DNA from: Kudoa neothunni
Lineage: Eukaryota; Animalia; Cnidaria
Assembly (NCBI GenBank): GCA_964304625.1
Contig: OZ199838.1
Location: 1,499,158 to 1,563,157 of the forward strand
Length of the DNA: 64,000 nucleotides
Direction: 5' to 3'
In this document: positions 42,401 through 56,456 of the stretch, piece by piece
How the letters are laid out: every line of letters begins with the position of its first letter
Numbering within the stretch: position 1 is the first letter of the stretch
Notes under the pieces: generated by a model
What the model was told of the DNA's origin: nothing
The model's input: the letters and a program-made list of their open reading frames with translations, nothing else
The model's database searches: none
Program-made: the position numbers and the translations under genes

Positions 42401-43312
42401 ATACGATTGAGACAAGTAATTAAAATAAAAAATTATATCACTAATAAAACTTTTTAGAAAATACCGATATTACTATTACGCCCACATTGAATGGAGATAG
42501 TGCTTTGAAAGTCGAAGTGACTTGGGATGGAAAAGCTGGAGGTTCAAGATGTCCGTTTTTCTTGCAGGAAAAAACAGATACTGATGGGGAGGGACGAACT
42601 GTTACATGGTGTAATGATGATGTAGAATGCTCAGCCAATAACTGTAATATCAACATCGATATGTTGTCAAGAGAAAAAGATTACATATTGATGCTGAAAG
42701 TGAAGGATTATTCACTCTATAACAAGAAAATTATTCGATGTAAATAAATTTTTTTACAGTATTATAATTTGTATAATCAAATAATATTAATAATAGATTC
42801 AGAAATGGCTCAAACAACTCGGTAATAGATGTTTAATATAATCATATCATTATAATAATGTTTTAGTAAATTAACTCCAAAAAATTTAAAAAGTAACATA
42901 TTTATAGGAGGGCAAAATGTTAGGAGCGAGTATACGAATATTGAAATTGATGATATAACACAAAAAATAAAAATTGTTGAAGAAGGGTACATAATTTGTC
43001 TAATGTTTTTATAACACTTTATTTAGTATAATTTTTATCTAAAAAATAAAATATAGATAAAAAATACATAGATAATAAGAAAATAGGAAAATTTGAAGTT
43101 GCAAAGAATAGTCATTCGTAGTTTTGGTTCGAATTTTCAAATTTAACATTATTAAGGTCATTTGGCACTTACATGTAATTAAGTAAGCAATCTGGTGTCG
43201 TATACCTTCTTTTAGATTGTATTCGATGATACCCATTGTAGCTTCAATCTTTGTGGCGATAGGACTGTTTGTTCACAGAAGAAATTCCAAAGAGACTACT
43301 GTTGACTTATGA
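36402..43312 (+). CDS. Large type-I membrane protein of ~100-aa exon-encoded, Cys-containing FN3-like modules (apparent frame disruptions in the 3' half)
   Basis: Signal peptide MTINLRFVSSIFLLFLVSSVVCG (33-nt intron); phase-1 exons with FN3-like L-x-x-x-T-x-Y motifs (LEPLTEY, LDPKTNY, LYSDATY, LEEGTNY, LVLGATY); TM YSMIPIVASIFVAIGLFV followed by HRRNSKETTVDL*. Confidence 0.75.
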
Positions 43313-43688
43313 GGATTAAATAGTCATTCCATAGAAATATTATTCTTTAATATATATTTTTTTAGAAAAAAATAATATAAATTTAATCTTCAAAAGATTT
43401 TTTGAGATAATTAAGTTAAATAATTGTTAATTCTTTTTATCAGAGTGAAACTGTACAGACATTATATATATTATAAAGTCATAAATACCATCATCATATA
43501 AATTCTTAATTTATGTATGTTGATAAGAATTAATTTTAACAAACATGATTTATTTTAGTTAACTGTAAACTACATGGTTATTTAGGAGAACTCGATATGT
43601 AAAAATCAAAATCTAACAGTGTAAAAAATCAGGATAGTCAAATAAATCTTATTCTAGGAATATTTAGTATTTTATGGTCGTGTTATAA

Positions 43689-43987
43689 CAGAGATGGGCA
43701 AATTAATGCCTGTGAGAGGTTTCAATGCGGCACGTGAGCTCTTTCGTTACGAACCTCTCAAAAATTTCATATTACACAATATTCATCATGTATTTTATTC
43801 TCATTGCGCGAAAAACATTTTCTCGGATGTTGTCACCCATTCGATTTATAACGACTGAATTTAAAATAAAATATTATTGTTCCATTTGCATTCTTACATT
43901 AGTATAAAGGGATATTTTTGAATGTTGCAACCGTTGTCTTAACAAACGTACATTTTGTCTGCGGATAAAACCGTTTTCCCATCCCTG
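43689..43987. mobile_element. ~300-bp hAT-type MITE
   Basis: CAGAGATGGGCAAA versus TTTTCCCATCCCTG (12/14 inverted match), typical CAGGG-type hAT end; TSD degenerate. Confidence 0.6.
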
Positions 43988-44054
43988 CCGTTATTTGATG
44001 ATAATTGAGGATAAACAATTTGTTGAACATTTTACTTTTTTGAAACGTTATAAC

Positions 44055-44900
44055 TAGGGCGTATAATTTTTGATTAAAATCGATTTGGATTGATTTAAAC
44101 CGTCTACTAATCGGAGGAAAATAACCGGTTTTTAATTTTTGTCGAAGAGACGGTTTCCGCCGAAAAGGAATGTTTGAAAATGGGAGGAAAACAACGCGAA
44201 TTGACTAATTATTTGGTGTAATGGAACGATTTCGAAATCATTGAGGATTCAACGGTCTGTAAGTATTGTAACTATTGCAAGGGACATAACGAATTCTTGG
44301 AGATACAATCTGTTAGTGTTAATACACATTACTTATCATTAAATCTTTTAATTGATGCTCTTACTGCATTGTATGATTCCTCAAAATTATTAGAAACAGA
44401 CGAGAATTTCACATCACGGATGACTTTGTAATTAAGGGAGATAACTTGATCAATAATCGTAAAGATACTATTGGCTTTGTTCCATTTGAATCTTCAAATA
44501 ATTAGATATTTAAATGTGAAAATTTGTGCGATGCCACAAACGAAGAAATAAATCGATCAATACTCATATATTTAAGGAAACTTTTCTCCTCTTTAAATTT
44601 TTCATACGGTGAGATATATTGATGCATACATTCCAATTATTAATGATAAATATAATGTTTATTATTTATTATGAAGTAAAGAGAAGATCGAAGTCAATAA
44701 CGAATAAAACTTGATCGATATAAGCATATTGATGGTATTAGGCCATTGTTTACGAATGAGCTACGAACATAATTTTCAATGCATTTAAAGATCGCATGAA
44801 ATTTTATATCGTCATGATACACACGAATAAGATTTTCATTTTTTCTCTAATTTGAAGACAATGAATGGATGATAAAAAATTTTTAAATCGTTACATCCAA
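44055..44900 (+). mobile_element. hAT (Ac/ZBED-like) relic with a BED zinc-finger fragment
   Basis: TAGGG end with AAATCGATT and AACCGGTT subterminal motifs; WNDFEIIEDSTVCKYCN BED-like segment at ~44222-44272; stops downstream. Confidence 0.5.
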
Positions 44901-45111
44901 CTATTTTACGAAATGTATTATTCTCAGAGGACAAACAGAAAATTTTGGCATAAAAAGGTAAACAGGCGCCGTTAATCATAATCTGCCGAGTCAAATAGAC
45001 CCATGTCTACATTAAAATATGTACACACACGCGCAATTTATTTATTTGAAAACAACGATTTAAAATATCAGAAAAATATAAAAAACTATACAAATTTCTC
45101 CAATCAATTAA

Positions 45112-47289
45112 TTAACTGGAGTCTGGTGCCCATCGATAGATGCTCAACGTAGTCTCAGACAGGGTGGATACAAAACAATACTGACCTATTGTGAAACTTT
45201 CAATATCTAGAATGTTGGAATCATCATGAGTGAGATTTTGGATAAGTTTTCCACTTGACACATCCCAAACGATGGCCTATAATTAATTTGGTTATGTCAC
45301 TAACAAAAGATCGATTTGTGGAAATACTGATTTGGCAGCTTCGTCTCCAGATATCACCATGGTTGTTTCTTGATTGGGCAGAGTTACAACGGCGGATCTA
45401 CACATTTGAGAAGCACTATTCCCACCGGTGAATTCTTTGGAGACTTTGAATTGCAGAGGGGAGAGTGGATCAAAGCGATCACCATCATCAACTTGGATAG
45501 AGTTTTGTAGAGGTTGGATAGTGCCAAACTAGAAACAGAAACAATAATACAAGAGGTGATAGGGGTAAAGCAATTAAAGAGTAGGATACAATACCCGATG
45601 AGTGACTTTTTCACGACCTACACCAGGCCTCAACGAGTAAAGACAATATTTATGACTGGGATCCACTTTCATCGACATAAAAGAACCTTTGATGGATGGA
45701 AAACGATGAGGAAAAGTTTGATGTTGAGTTTTCTCGATGAAAAATAGGCAGTCCAATGCTGTGGCGCAAATTCCATGACGCTCTCTAAATAGAGTCATGT
45801 ATTACCACCACCACCACCACCACATAATAAATGAGAGTGCCTTGAAGAAGTAGAGTCTTGATATTGGTTGATGTTGTTGGAAGAGGATGACACATTTATG
45901 GGTTTTAGAGACAAAACTGGTGCCCTAGTGGAGGTGAACCCAAACGAATTAGCGCTCATAGATTCCACCGCATCGACAGTGTTTCGAATGTCGTAAATGT
46001 TGACAGAACCATTAGCAAGGCCGGCATAAAGAATGTTGTTGTCGAATCGATCCCAACAGCAACTCCACACTGGCGCATCAGCTTTGTATGTGAGAATAGT
46101 AGCATTTAGTTCAATGTTGGAAAGTTTGATAGTTTTATCCATAGATACAGTTAAAATTTGGTTGGGTACGAGAGGTGAGAAAGCCACATCACGTATAACA
46201 TTAGAATGAAGTCGAAAAAATTCGGTTTTTGTTCTCGAACTATAAAACTCTACACTATTAATCTATCCAATGAGTATTTTATGTTAATTGTTATAGTTGT
46301 GGTGACAGCAATCGTGCAATACTTTAAGGACGCCGTAGCCGGGACAAAGATTCCAATTGGGTGAAGGTTTTGAAACAACGTGAATGCCCAACGGACGATT
46401 GTAAGAGCCCACACGACAACCTCCACTGGCACTTACTTTCATCGACGATACAAATTTGAATGATCCTTTATTTTCTAATTTAAACTGTCCATCCACACCA
46501 TCCATCATTGAAGCATCGGTGGAATTGGTAGTGGGATCGTGTGGTTTCACAGTGTCATTTTTAAAATCTTCATACATCGATTTGTAATGTCTTAGCTCAA
46601 GTTTGGTGTATTCGAGTTGGGAAAGAATCTGTTGGTACTTCAACAGAATTCGAGTTTCGGATTCTTCAGCTTCTCGTTTGAGTTTTTTTTCAATTTCTAA
46701 ATTTCGAAGGGCACTACACGCGCGTAAAACCAATGTAAAAAAATCAAATAAAGAGAAACTCTACTTGTCTACTTCAGTTCGGTCAATTGCCACCAACTTT
46801 TTCACGAATAAATTCCTCAAATCTTTCACTCTAGATTTGGTATTGCATTGAGGGCATTTGGCGCTAACTCCCTTTTCGCGGAGCCATCTTTCGATACAAC
46901 TAATACGTGAACAATCAGAACAAACTCACTTGTGATATTCATTACCTTCTACCAAACAAATGCCCACATCTAAGAGAGCACACACGATGTCTACCAGTCG
47001 ACGTCCATCCATCGAAACAAATAACGCATGTGAAATTCTATTTCTCCAATCAATCAAAGTAAACAATCCACAAAAGTTGTACTTCTTCAGAGGCAGATAG
47101 TTGAGACATTAATTGTGAGGCTGGATTCGTTTGTTTCTGCGCTTGTGGATCCACTGCAATAGTGTCCAAATGTGGTTGTTCTTCATGTGAATTTTCATCG
47201 AGTTCATCTTCGAATGAAGTGTCACAATCAGTTTCTCCCCTTTCATCGCTTATCTCAATAATTTCATGTTCACTATCATGACCAGACAT
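45112..47289 (-). CDS. RFWD3: E3 ubiquitin ligase RFWD3 (RING, coiled coil, WD40)
   Basis: [32 protein letters not shown]....CPQCN RING; coiled coil; PVWSCCWD...[17 protein letters not shown]; C-terminal [13 protein letters not shown]. Confidence 0.93.
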
Positions 47290-47410
47290 TTAATTATTTG
47301 AGATATATTTTTGGTTTTAGCTATAAAAATATTCAGGCGGTCTAAAATGCGATTACATTAATGTGCGCCAGACTTTGCGCAAATAAAGAACCTATGCGGG
47401 CGCAATTAAA
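47290..47410. promoter_or_regulatory. 121-bp bidirectional promoter between RFWD3 and PPP1R8
   Basis: Head-to-head ATGs at 47289 and 47411; three GCGC-core motifs (GTGCGCC, TTGCGCAA, GGGCGCAA) in otherwise AT-rich DNA. Confidence 0.6.
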
Positions 47411-47622
47411 ATGCGTGGATCAGATGGAAAACCAGATCTCTACGAGCTCAATAAATCTGTCTACACCGTGCCTACGTGGTAATTTATTTTCTCTAATTGA
47501 TTTCTGATCTACATGCTAAGTTATTATGAGGTTTCAATTAAATTGGTTTAATATAAGCTAATAATTTTGTCTAATTTTGCATTTTAATATTAATCATCTT
47601 CTTGTGGTTATATTTGATCGAG

Positions 47623-47665
<43 letters not shown>

Positions 47666-50600
47666 GTATATGATGGTTGACTTAGGGCTCTTAAAAAGTC
47701 TCCTCCATCTGGTTATAAACTCCAAATTTATAAAGACGCTCAATTAATTTCTGTAATAATATTTAAATGTAAAAAATATCTATGAATTTTGTAAGACTGT
47801 AAATGTTGATGAGAAACCTGTTTACTATTTGGGGAGACAACAAGAACAAGTTGATATCGTTACTGAGCATGCTTCATGTTCAAGAACCCATGCCATTTTG
47901 ATGTTCCATCACACTTTGGATAAATGGTATTTGGTTGATTTGAAGAGTGGTAATTAACATCCTATTTGATTGTTGTTGTAACTTTTTGTAATGTCACCGA
48001 CAATTATTGTTTTCAATCTTAGTACATGGCACGTACGTCGGCAAAACAAAATTAGAACCAAAAACACCAACCCCTATTAGCACCGATGTGGGGTTTCGTC
48101 TCGGAGCATCAACTCGGCTATACAAACTATTTCGGGAATCCCTCCCGGATACTGGCGCGGATGAGGAACAATCAGATTCTGAATACAAGGTATAATTATT
48201 GTTGAATTGGAGGGATTAATTTTCATAGCAAATAACCAATAAAAACACCAAATACAATGAATTGCTTCATCTGGTGCCTCTTGTTGAGGGAGCCGAGCAA
48301 GAAAAAATCTCAAATAATAGAATTGCCGCTAAAAAAGTGGAATTCAAATCCAATGTCGAAATTGTAAATCCCGGTATGTGTTGATTATTAAATGGCTTTA
48401 TCATTCAAAAAGAATGTTTGCATTGGAGTGTATATGCCGTCAAAATTTAACTATTATAATTGTGATTTTGTTGTTAAATTTTTGGATGGAATTTAATTAA
48501 TTTAATTAATTAATTTGAGGGCATTCGCGCGTTTTTGATAGAAATTTTGAGTCGTGTGACTATAATTTGTAATTAAAACACATTTAAAATATTTATAGTC
48601 ATTATTAAACTAATTGACTTGAGAATTATTTATAGTTGAAGTTGTTCCCGCCAAAACTTTTTTTAATATAATTGTCAGGTGTATATTTTCAAATTTTATT
48701 GAACCATAAAAACGCTATATTATTCCTTTAAGTAATTATACAAGGTTTGAATAGTCAATTGTATTTTATTTTCTGCAAATAATGTGAATGAATAAAATGT
48801 TAACGCGTGCGAAAATATTATTTATGGTTAAATCTGGGAAGTGACGACTATTTTACATTTTCATGGATGGGAATATCTACTGGAATACGTGAGATATTAA
48901 AAATTTGATTTCATTAATATATTAGTCTATGTTTTTCGTAAAAATTTTATAGATTTTTTAAAATTATTTTCGGTGGAAAATTTCTGCAATAAAATCTGTA
49001 TTTGTACAATCTCTCTATGCAAAAATCATACTTTTCTTGATTTAGTAATAGTATTTAATGCTTGTTTATGGTATCCTTACCGAATTTATTCAAATTATCT
49101 ATAAATTCGTACGTTACAGACTACTTTTCACACTTAATCCCATTATCTAAAAATAATAAAAACTGCGTCTGCCGAACCACCAATTATATTTTTAATGCAA
49201 CTATTGTTTGTAGTTATTTTAATGATGTCCTCATTTTATGCTCGTTTGTTTAAAAATTTTTTTCTTTATTTATTAAAATAATAGTTTTATTAAGTTAAAT
49301 TAGCGGTAATTTAATATATCAATAGTAGATAGAAATTTTAATTTAATTCTTATTAAAAGATTTTTTGGAGAGCTAACAGCAGGCACTCTACTCACCTTCG
49401 ACCTTCCTATAATATTTGTTTTGGATAGTTCCTCCAAAATAATATTAGATGCGTAGAGTGGCAGATAAGTTAAGTATTGCTGTTAAATGTGATATCACAA
49501 GACTTAAAAAATTCGAAATTATTATATTTTATTCTTTGAACTCTCATAGATTTCATGTTTTAGAAGAATTTTGCGTTGTTAAAAATTGTTTGATTTTGCC
49601 TTTTATTGATCCCAATCTATAATTCTTGCGGTTGTCATAATAATTTTCAGCAGAACTTAAGCCAATGATCCTTTTATTTATGGTTAGGTTCTTATTTTTG
49701 TCAAAATAAATATTGAGATTGGAGAGTCCGTGTCCGTATGATTTATCACGTAGGGAATCAAATTAATTTTTAATAGCTCTATAAACTATTTTATTGCAAA
49801 TTTTCGTCACAAATATTATTTTCTCTGCATTTATTCCACACTTTCCTATTTGACTTTGACTTTGCGTTGGAATATTTGACAGAAATTAAACCTACATATC
49901 AAAAGTAAGCAGATTCAACATTAATCCATATGTGTTATTATCGCTGATATCTTTGTTTTCAATCAAGATACAACGTCAATTATTCATTTAACAACCATTT
50001 GCTCGAATCTTCTGGTTTTTCATTCATGATACATGCAGTCGTTATATGGTATGGTGGCTCAAGCCAAACGAATCTTGTGTAGCCTTTATGAAGAGGAATA
50101 CTCTGGACATAAATATGTCTACATTTAGAATATTTCAATTTAAGTGAAACATGAGTTAAATATTCAATCTTCTAAAAAATAATCGTGGTGATTCACATCA
50201 TAAAATTCATCGCATAGTTTCAACAAAACTAAATGATTTTGCGTATAAACATATGACACAGAATAACATAGCCCTTGATTATATGATATTATTGAAGTCA
50301 AATAAGAACTAACACTTTATATACAACAACTATTAAAATTATGAGATCATACGGTCGACGAATTATGCGCGTAACGTCCAGCATGACAATAATCAATCTT
50401 GTTACAAATTATAGAACTTAAGTGACTAACATACGATGTATAAACATTAAATATTGTTATTAAATCAAGAAAAATATGATTTTGGCCAATAGAACATGGA
50501 TAAAATGTGGTTTTAAAAGATGAATTCCCGTTTAAGAATAGTTTGGAAATAATTATAAAATTTCTTGGGGAAAATACAGAATAACGTATTAATGGAGTCA

Positions 50601-51118
50601 AATTTTTAATATCTCACGTATTCTAGGAGATATTTCCATCCATGCAAATAGCCACCGACTTAATTTAAATTTAAATAAATATAAATTTAAACTTAATTTA
50701 ACTTAACTTACTTAACTTAAAATTAAACTTAAATTTGTGGGGACGAACAACAATATTTAGTAATAAACAAATTAATCAATCAATTAATTAATATAATTAA
50801 TATATGATAATGTTTAACTAATCGCGATAATAAAATGTTATATTGTGTGTAGAAGAAATCGATCCTACTGTTGGAAGATATAGAAATTTGGTGAAAGAAA
50901 CAATTGTTGTGGGCAAGGTAATTTCACAAATTAAATCAATTTAGATAGAGATAATGACTTACTTTTTTTATATTTAGAACGGAAGAAAAAGAAAATCACA
51001 CGATGAACAAATCTACGTTGAACCTTGTAAATTCGAACAAAGAAACAGCGCCAAAAAGTATCAGCAAGAAAAGTGGCCTTCCAGCCCAAGCGACACTAGT
51101 CAAGCACTTAAACCTTAA
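47411..51118 (+). CDS. PPP1R8: Nuclear inhibitor of protein phosphatase 1 (NIPP1)
   Basis: PTWA...; FHA domain YLGR...HASCSRTHA...DLKS.HGTY..GASTRLY; RVxF-type KKVEF; EIVNPEEIDPTVGRYRNLV; C-terminal KKYQQEKWP. Includes a ~2.5 kb intron (48374-50851). Confidence 0.93.
47628..47661. repeat. (TA)n microsatellite in PPP1R8 intron 1
   Basis: Directly visible. Confidence 0.95.
49400..50650 (-). mobile_element. Possible decayed hAT transposase inside the long PPP1R8 intron
   Basis: Fragmentary motifs IVMLDVT and DCMYH (CxxH) in hAT order; heavily degraded. Confidence 0.3.
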
Positions 51119-52109
51119 ACATTAGTTTTTTGTTGACTGATACCATGTTTTTCTATTTTTTACTCAATTTCGTTTTTTACCGCCCATACCATACATTCCG
51201 GTCGAAGCCAATTTTGATTTAGAATTTTTTGTTGAGACCATTTGCCTCATAAAGAATTATACTTTTTTTCTATTGAATTAAATATTTCAACAATAATAAT
51301 AATAATAATAATAATAAATAACAATCTTAGGTGTTAGTAGATATTCAAATTTTGCGTATTGTACCTAACTAATAAAAAATAAGCTTTATTTTTTAATACT
51401 AATATAAGGGTTTGGAAATTGGTTAATTTAAATTGAGGTATTTCTGCGCAAATCAATGTGACATTAATTATTGCGAAAAATTTCAAATTATTTATGAAAT
51501 TTAAAGTTCTTCCCTCAACAAGAAATTTCAGTAAAATTAAAGATAGAAGGGATTAGATTCTAACTCGACATATTGACGTATTCTAATAAATAAAAAATTA
51601 ACCCTAATTTATTTTATTATTTTATATATTAAAATTGATTTTAATAGACTTTAAATTTTAATCATTACTATTTAAGTCCAATTTTTTTTGAGTCGCGCAT
51701 GCTCAGTTAGTAAAAGATTTATCCTTATTTACCTAAGTCTAGCTAGATTTCTACATTTAAAATATCGTTAAATAGTTTTATCGGAATTAAAAATAAAGTA
51801 TCCTGGGTATATTCTGTGTGAATACATGAATTAAGATAAAACATTTTATAGCAAATAAAACAAAATTGACGAAATAATAATAAATTAAATTAGTCAAAAT
51901 ATAAATACAAATATAATTTAGAGAAAAAAAATAAACACACAATAAATATATAAATAACTAATAAATATTATTACACAGTACATCATCCCTTTGAGTTAGT
52001 CGTACACAATTCTAGCAGTATGACCGTTTGAGAGTGTATACTCTACAAATAACGTACATACTTGTGTGAAATGGTAAAAAAATATTATCTCATAAGAGTC
52101 AATCTATTT

Positions 52110-55100
52110 TTATGGTTTTTTGGGGAGTGAAAAATTGTTCAAAATGGATTCTTTCACATCAATTATTTCGTTAGTGATAGGAGAATCCACATTTTTGAAA
52201 TCGACTTCTTTAATGGCGGCGAGTATTTTCTGTTGTGTGACCAACACAGCACTGAATTTTTTATATGGTATTTGTTTGTTTCGACTGTTTTGAATGGCTG
52301 TGGATAGTAGGTACATGAATTTGAGGCTATATTTTCATGAAAACAAACAAATTATGAGGAAAAATTGAACAAAATACGTATATTCGGGTGGTGGAGGATA
52401 ACCATTGGAATAACCTAAAGGTATTAGCCATGTGTGGATCATTTCTAAGAATCGCCAGAAAAACTAATAAACAAAATCAAACACGATCAAATTAACCAAC
52501 CGAAGGACTAATACACAAGTAATCAAAATATACCAAGGTACAATTGAACTGAATTGTTTCAATTTTCAGGAAATAATCCACGCATCTTATATGATTATCC
52601 ATTTCATTCACATCTCCAAGACCAAACATGATAATACTCACCAAACTGTCATTATCAAGAATCTACGTAATGCGGAAATTTAAACACTGTTAACTTTAGA
52701 AAAAACAGAAAAAAAGCGCATACAATTGGATACTGGTCTGAATGAATTTTCTCGGATTTCAAAGCTTCAAAAATGCTTTTACTAACATAAACCTTATGAA
52801 CCTATAAATGACCCCCAGAAATCGTCAATTTAATCAACTCACTGCGATAATTAAAAAATGATACATCAGAAAGTAAAAAAAACATTCGAATAAACATTTC
52901 GATTCCTTGGCTATAGTTGAGAATGAATGGATACAAAGGACCACTACAAGATCAAAAAATCAATAAATATAATTGTAGAAGTAAATTTCCTTATTTATAT
53001 TGTTTGGAATGGCGCTTATTATACACAAATTAACCGTGCTTTAAAAAATAAAATTACTCCGCTACAAACGCCCTGATTCAGTAATCTATACAAAAATCTA
53101 TCGAAAAATGAGCCATTTAATTTATTAATTTGTTTGTGAAAAATCATGTTCAAAATATATTTTGCCTCTATCTTCTGTACATACAAAAATCATTACTAAA
53201 TCTATTATACATGCAATTCCTTCACATGATGTTTAATTTTAACCACAGACAGCGGATACTGAAAAGCGAAAAATTGATAACGGGTGGCCTGTATTTAATA
53301 AATATTTTGTTGTACAAACTGGCCCAACGCTGTTCTCTTATTTATCACCATATCTGTGCAATATTCAAAAAATCAAATTTATATTTTTCATTAAATTCTT
53401 TATAATAATCCGTCCCCTCCTAAAAGTATAATTATCCATGACTGAACAAGATGAGAATATAATGTTTAGTATCATTGAAGAAATTTCAAATTAACGAATA
53501 CGACATTGGCAACATAGTCAACCGGAATCAAATATCGCAAAAATGAGGTTCAAATTAAAGTATAAGATGTTCCATCTGTCCAATAGAGCATAATAACCAA
53601 CGTTCAACTTGCCACAAAAATTATATGAAACCTATGTCCAACCCCAATATACTAATATTTTGTGGAAATTGCATCAAAAATTATAATTAGTACATTACAT
53701 TTAACAAATTATTTACAAATTTTACAAGCTTTACAAAATTTAATATTTTTAACGTTTTTTATGGAGAAAATTATTCGTAAAACTACTATTTCTATTCTAT
53801 CCTAGGGTCAAAAACGACCTCAAACACATTTAAAGGTGAAAACTGTCGACTTGGTACTCAATACGAGTGTTAAATTCGCGCTTCAAAAAATTAAATGTAA
53901 TGTTCATTTTTGCCTCAAAAAAACCGAAACTGCATTTGGAACCATCTAAATTGTAACCTATAATTTAATATTTCATTACCTATGGCGTAGGAGTAGTAAT
54001 TTATTGGTTGAAAATAAAATAACAAAAACCCACGCGCAGGCACAATCTCGCAGATTGAAATTAAAATAAGCCGCGTCCCAACGTCGCTATTGCTATCGCT
54101 ATTTAGCACCACGTGTGTAACTTTTAAATTTGTTGAAATGACCGCTCCAACTTTTGGATATTACATACAAAATTATTTAAAATTAAAATATTGAAAAAAA
54201 TGTTTTCAGTCATTGAATTAAATTCGGGATTCAAAAGGTTAAATCACCAATTATTCGCAAACAATAGAATTTATCGAAATATGCCGAAAATAAAAACATA
54301 CATTTTGAGCATGAAATCGCCCAAGGAATTTTGGATTTTAATCATTTCTTGGGGTTTGTAATCAATTCTAGATTATCAACAAAATTAACAACATTACGCA
54401 ATCCAATAAAATTACTTTTGTAAATTTTGAATCTGGTACGATACCACTCGATTTCTAATCTCATAATCAATAGCAAGACGAATTGCCTTTACAAATTTTA
54501 ATCAACAATTAACAAACAAAAAAGTTACTCTATCAATAAGTGACAATACATAATAGCGTTTTTGAATATCGGAAAACAATTCCGGATTATTAATCTAAAC
54601 AAAAACAATCCACAACATTGTAATAATAATAATTAATTTAATAATAATAATAATAAATAATTAATTAATTTAATTTAATAATAATAAATACTATAATAAT
54701 AATAATAATAACAACAACAAACATTCGCTTACCTTGTTAACTTCGGGGTTGTTTTCATTGTCGCAACTAATCATTTTTCGTGGGAAATGCGCTGAAGACC
54801 AATTAATACTCCCCAAAGTGTCCTCATATGTTATAGCTTATTGTCAACAATTAATTTTCAAATATCACTCACATAGATAAATAAAAAGTATATAGTTAAA
54901 TTACTTAGAGGGCGTATAGGTTTAGTTGGTTGATGTGTTGGTTGTTGTTGTTGTTGTTGTTGTTGCTGTTGTTCAAGAGGGGCTACATCAAGCTCAAAGG
55001 TCGACGTAACAGGCGGTAACCACATATCATCAGCAATCAGCATACGATTCACACGGCATGCATTAGGATTCAATCTATAGATACGTTCCTACAAGTAAAC

Positions 55101-56052
55101 TCAATTAATTTAATGTTGAAAATTAAATTAATGTTCTGTAAATTCATCCAAAAATTTTGACTATAATTTATACAGCAAAATGGAAGCAATGAATTCGATT
55201 GATATATGACCATGAATTTCCGTTTACAGTCCGTCGATCTAATTTATTCGACCGACCAACAAATAATCAAATTGTTTCGGTGGTCAATAATAAAATAGAA
55301 ATTTTCAAAAAAATAGCTACCCAATAATAATAATCGCAGTTGAAAGGGATTAGATTGGCACATTCGGCTAGTTTTCTCTGGAACAATTGTACCATATTAG
55401 CCATATCGACACCGAACAAAAATCTCGAAGCATGAAACTTGAGTTTGATCCTATTGAGCATTTTGTCTTCGAGTGTGGGCACGATGTGACCGTAGTTGAA
55501 TAGTTTTTTCTTGCGGCAGTTCATATTATGAAGATCGCTCAACATGTAAAGTTGATGGGGGTTTATCCACAGGAAAAATTCTACACATTATTACGATAAT
55601 GATGATGATGATTATGATAATGATAATGATAATGATAATAATATATATATATATATATATAATTATACGGTCTACGATAGATGTTGAGTAGGCGGTCACT
55701 TCATCTTCACCTTTAGTACCAGCTGAGGATTTATCGTCATTTTTCGAGTTGTTGATTGATAGATTCATTAAATAGGTGACTTCTTCTGGTTGTTGAAATT
55801 TGTAGGAGTCAGGTTTTGAGGACTGGTTCAAACTCTCAATGTCTTCACCTTTGATTTCCACTCTGTATTTGGTTTCAGCCACATTAAAACTAAATCCTAC
55901 AATCGAGATAATAATTAATCAGGTGATTTATTGAATTTTCTCGAACCTTTTGGATTCATATTCAACGCAGCTGAACCAAATGTGGCATCATTCAATCGAT
56001 CATACTCTTGTTCATCATAACTTGCACTATCATCCGAATACACTGTATCCAT
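52110..56052 (-). CDS. PATL1: Pat1 / PATL1 mRNA decapping activator
   Basis: N-terminal YDRLNDATFG (DDX6-binding motif); PFNCDYYYW (Pat1 PYxDDYYY); EDTLGSINWSSAHFPRKMI (cf. SLGKLTVSSVNNPRKMI); polyQ tract; ~1.3 kb internal intron. Confidence 0.85.
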
Positions 56053-56456
56053 CCAATGTATTCAATATGTTAGTTAGGTTGATATGGCAAACTATTGAAC
56101 TAATTACCACAACGAGCCTTCATGTCTGCACGCTGGCAATCACACTCGCGAGTTAGTTGTAACTTATAACGAAACCACGCGCACACTCGTTCTAGAAAGT
56201 CCAACCTATACGTTGTAACTGATTGGAATAAATATAAAATGTTACAAATATATTATAATCTACTACAATAAATTATAATCTACCTCAATTAAGATTAAGG
56301 GGGTATTTGTAGGTTTTACGGATTGTGCTCTGTAACGCGACTGCGTGAATATTTAAGCATAACTAAACAACTGCTGAGTATCTGAGTATCTCACTCGGTC
56401 ATTCATAAACTATACATAAATTTAGAAGTTCATTTTTGCTGGGAATAATCTTTGTT

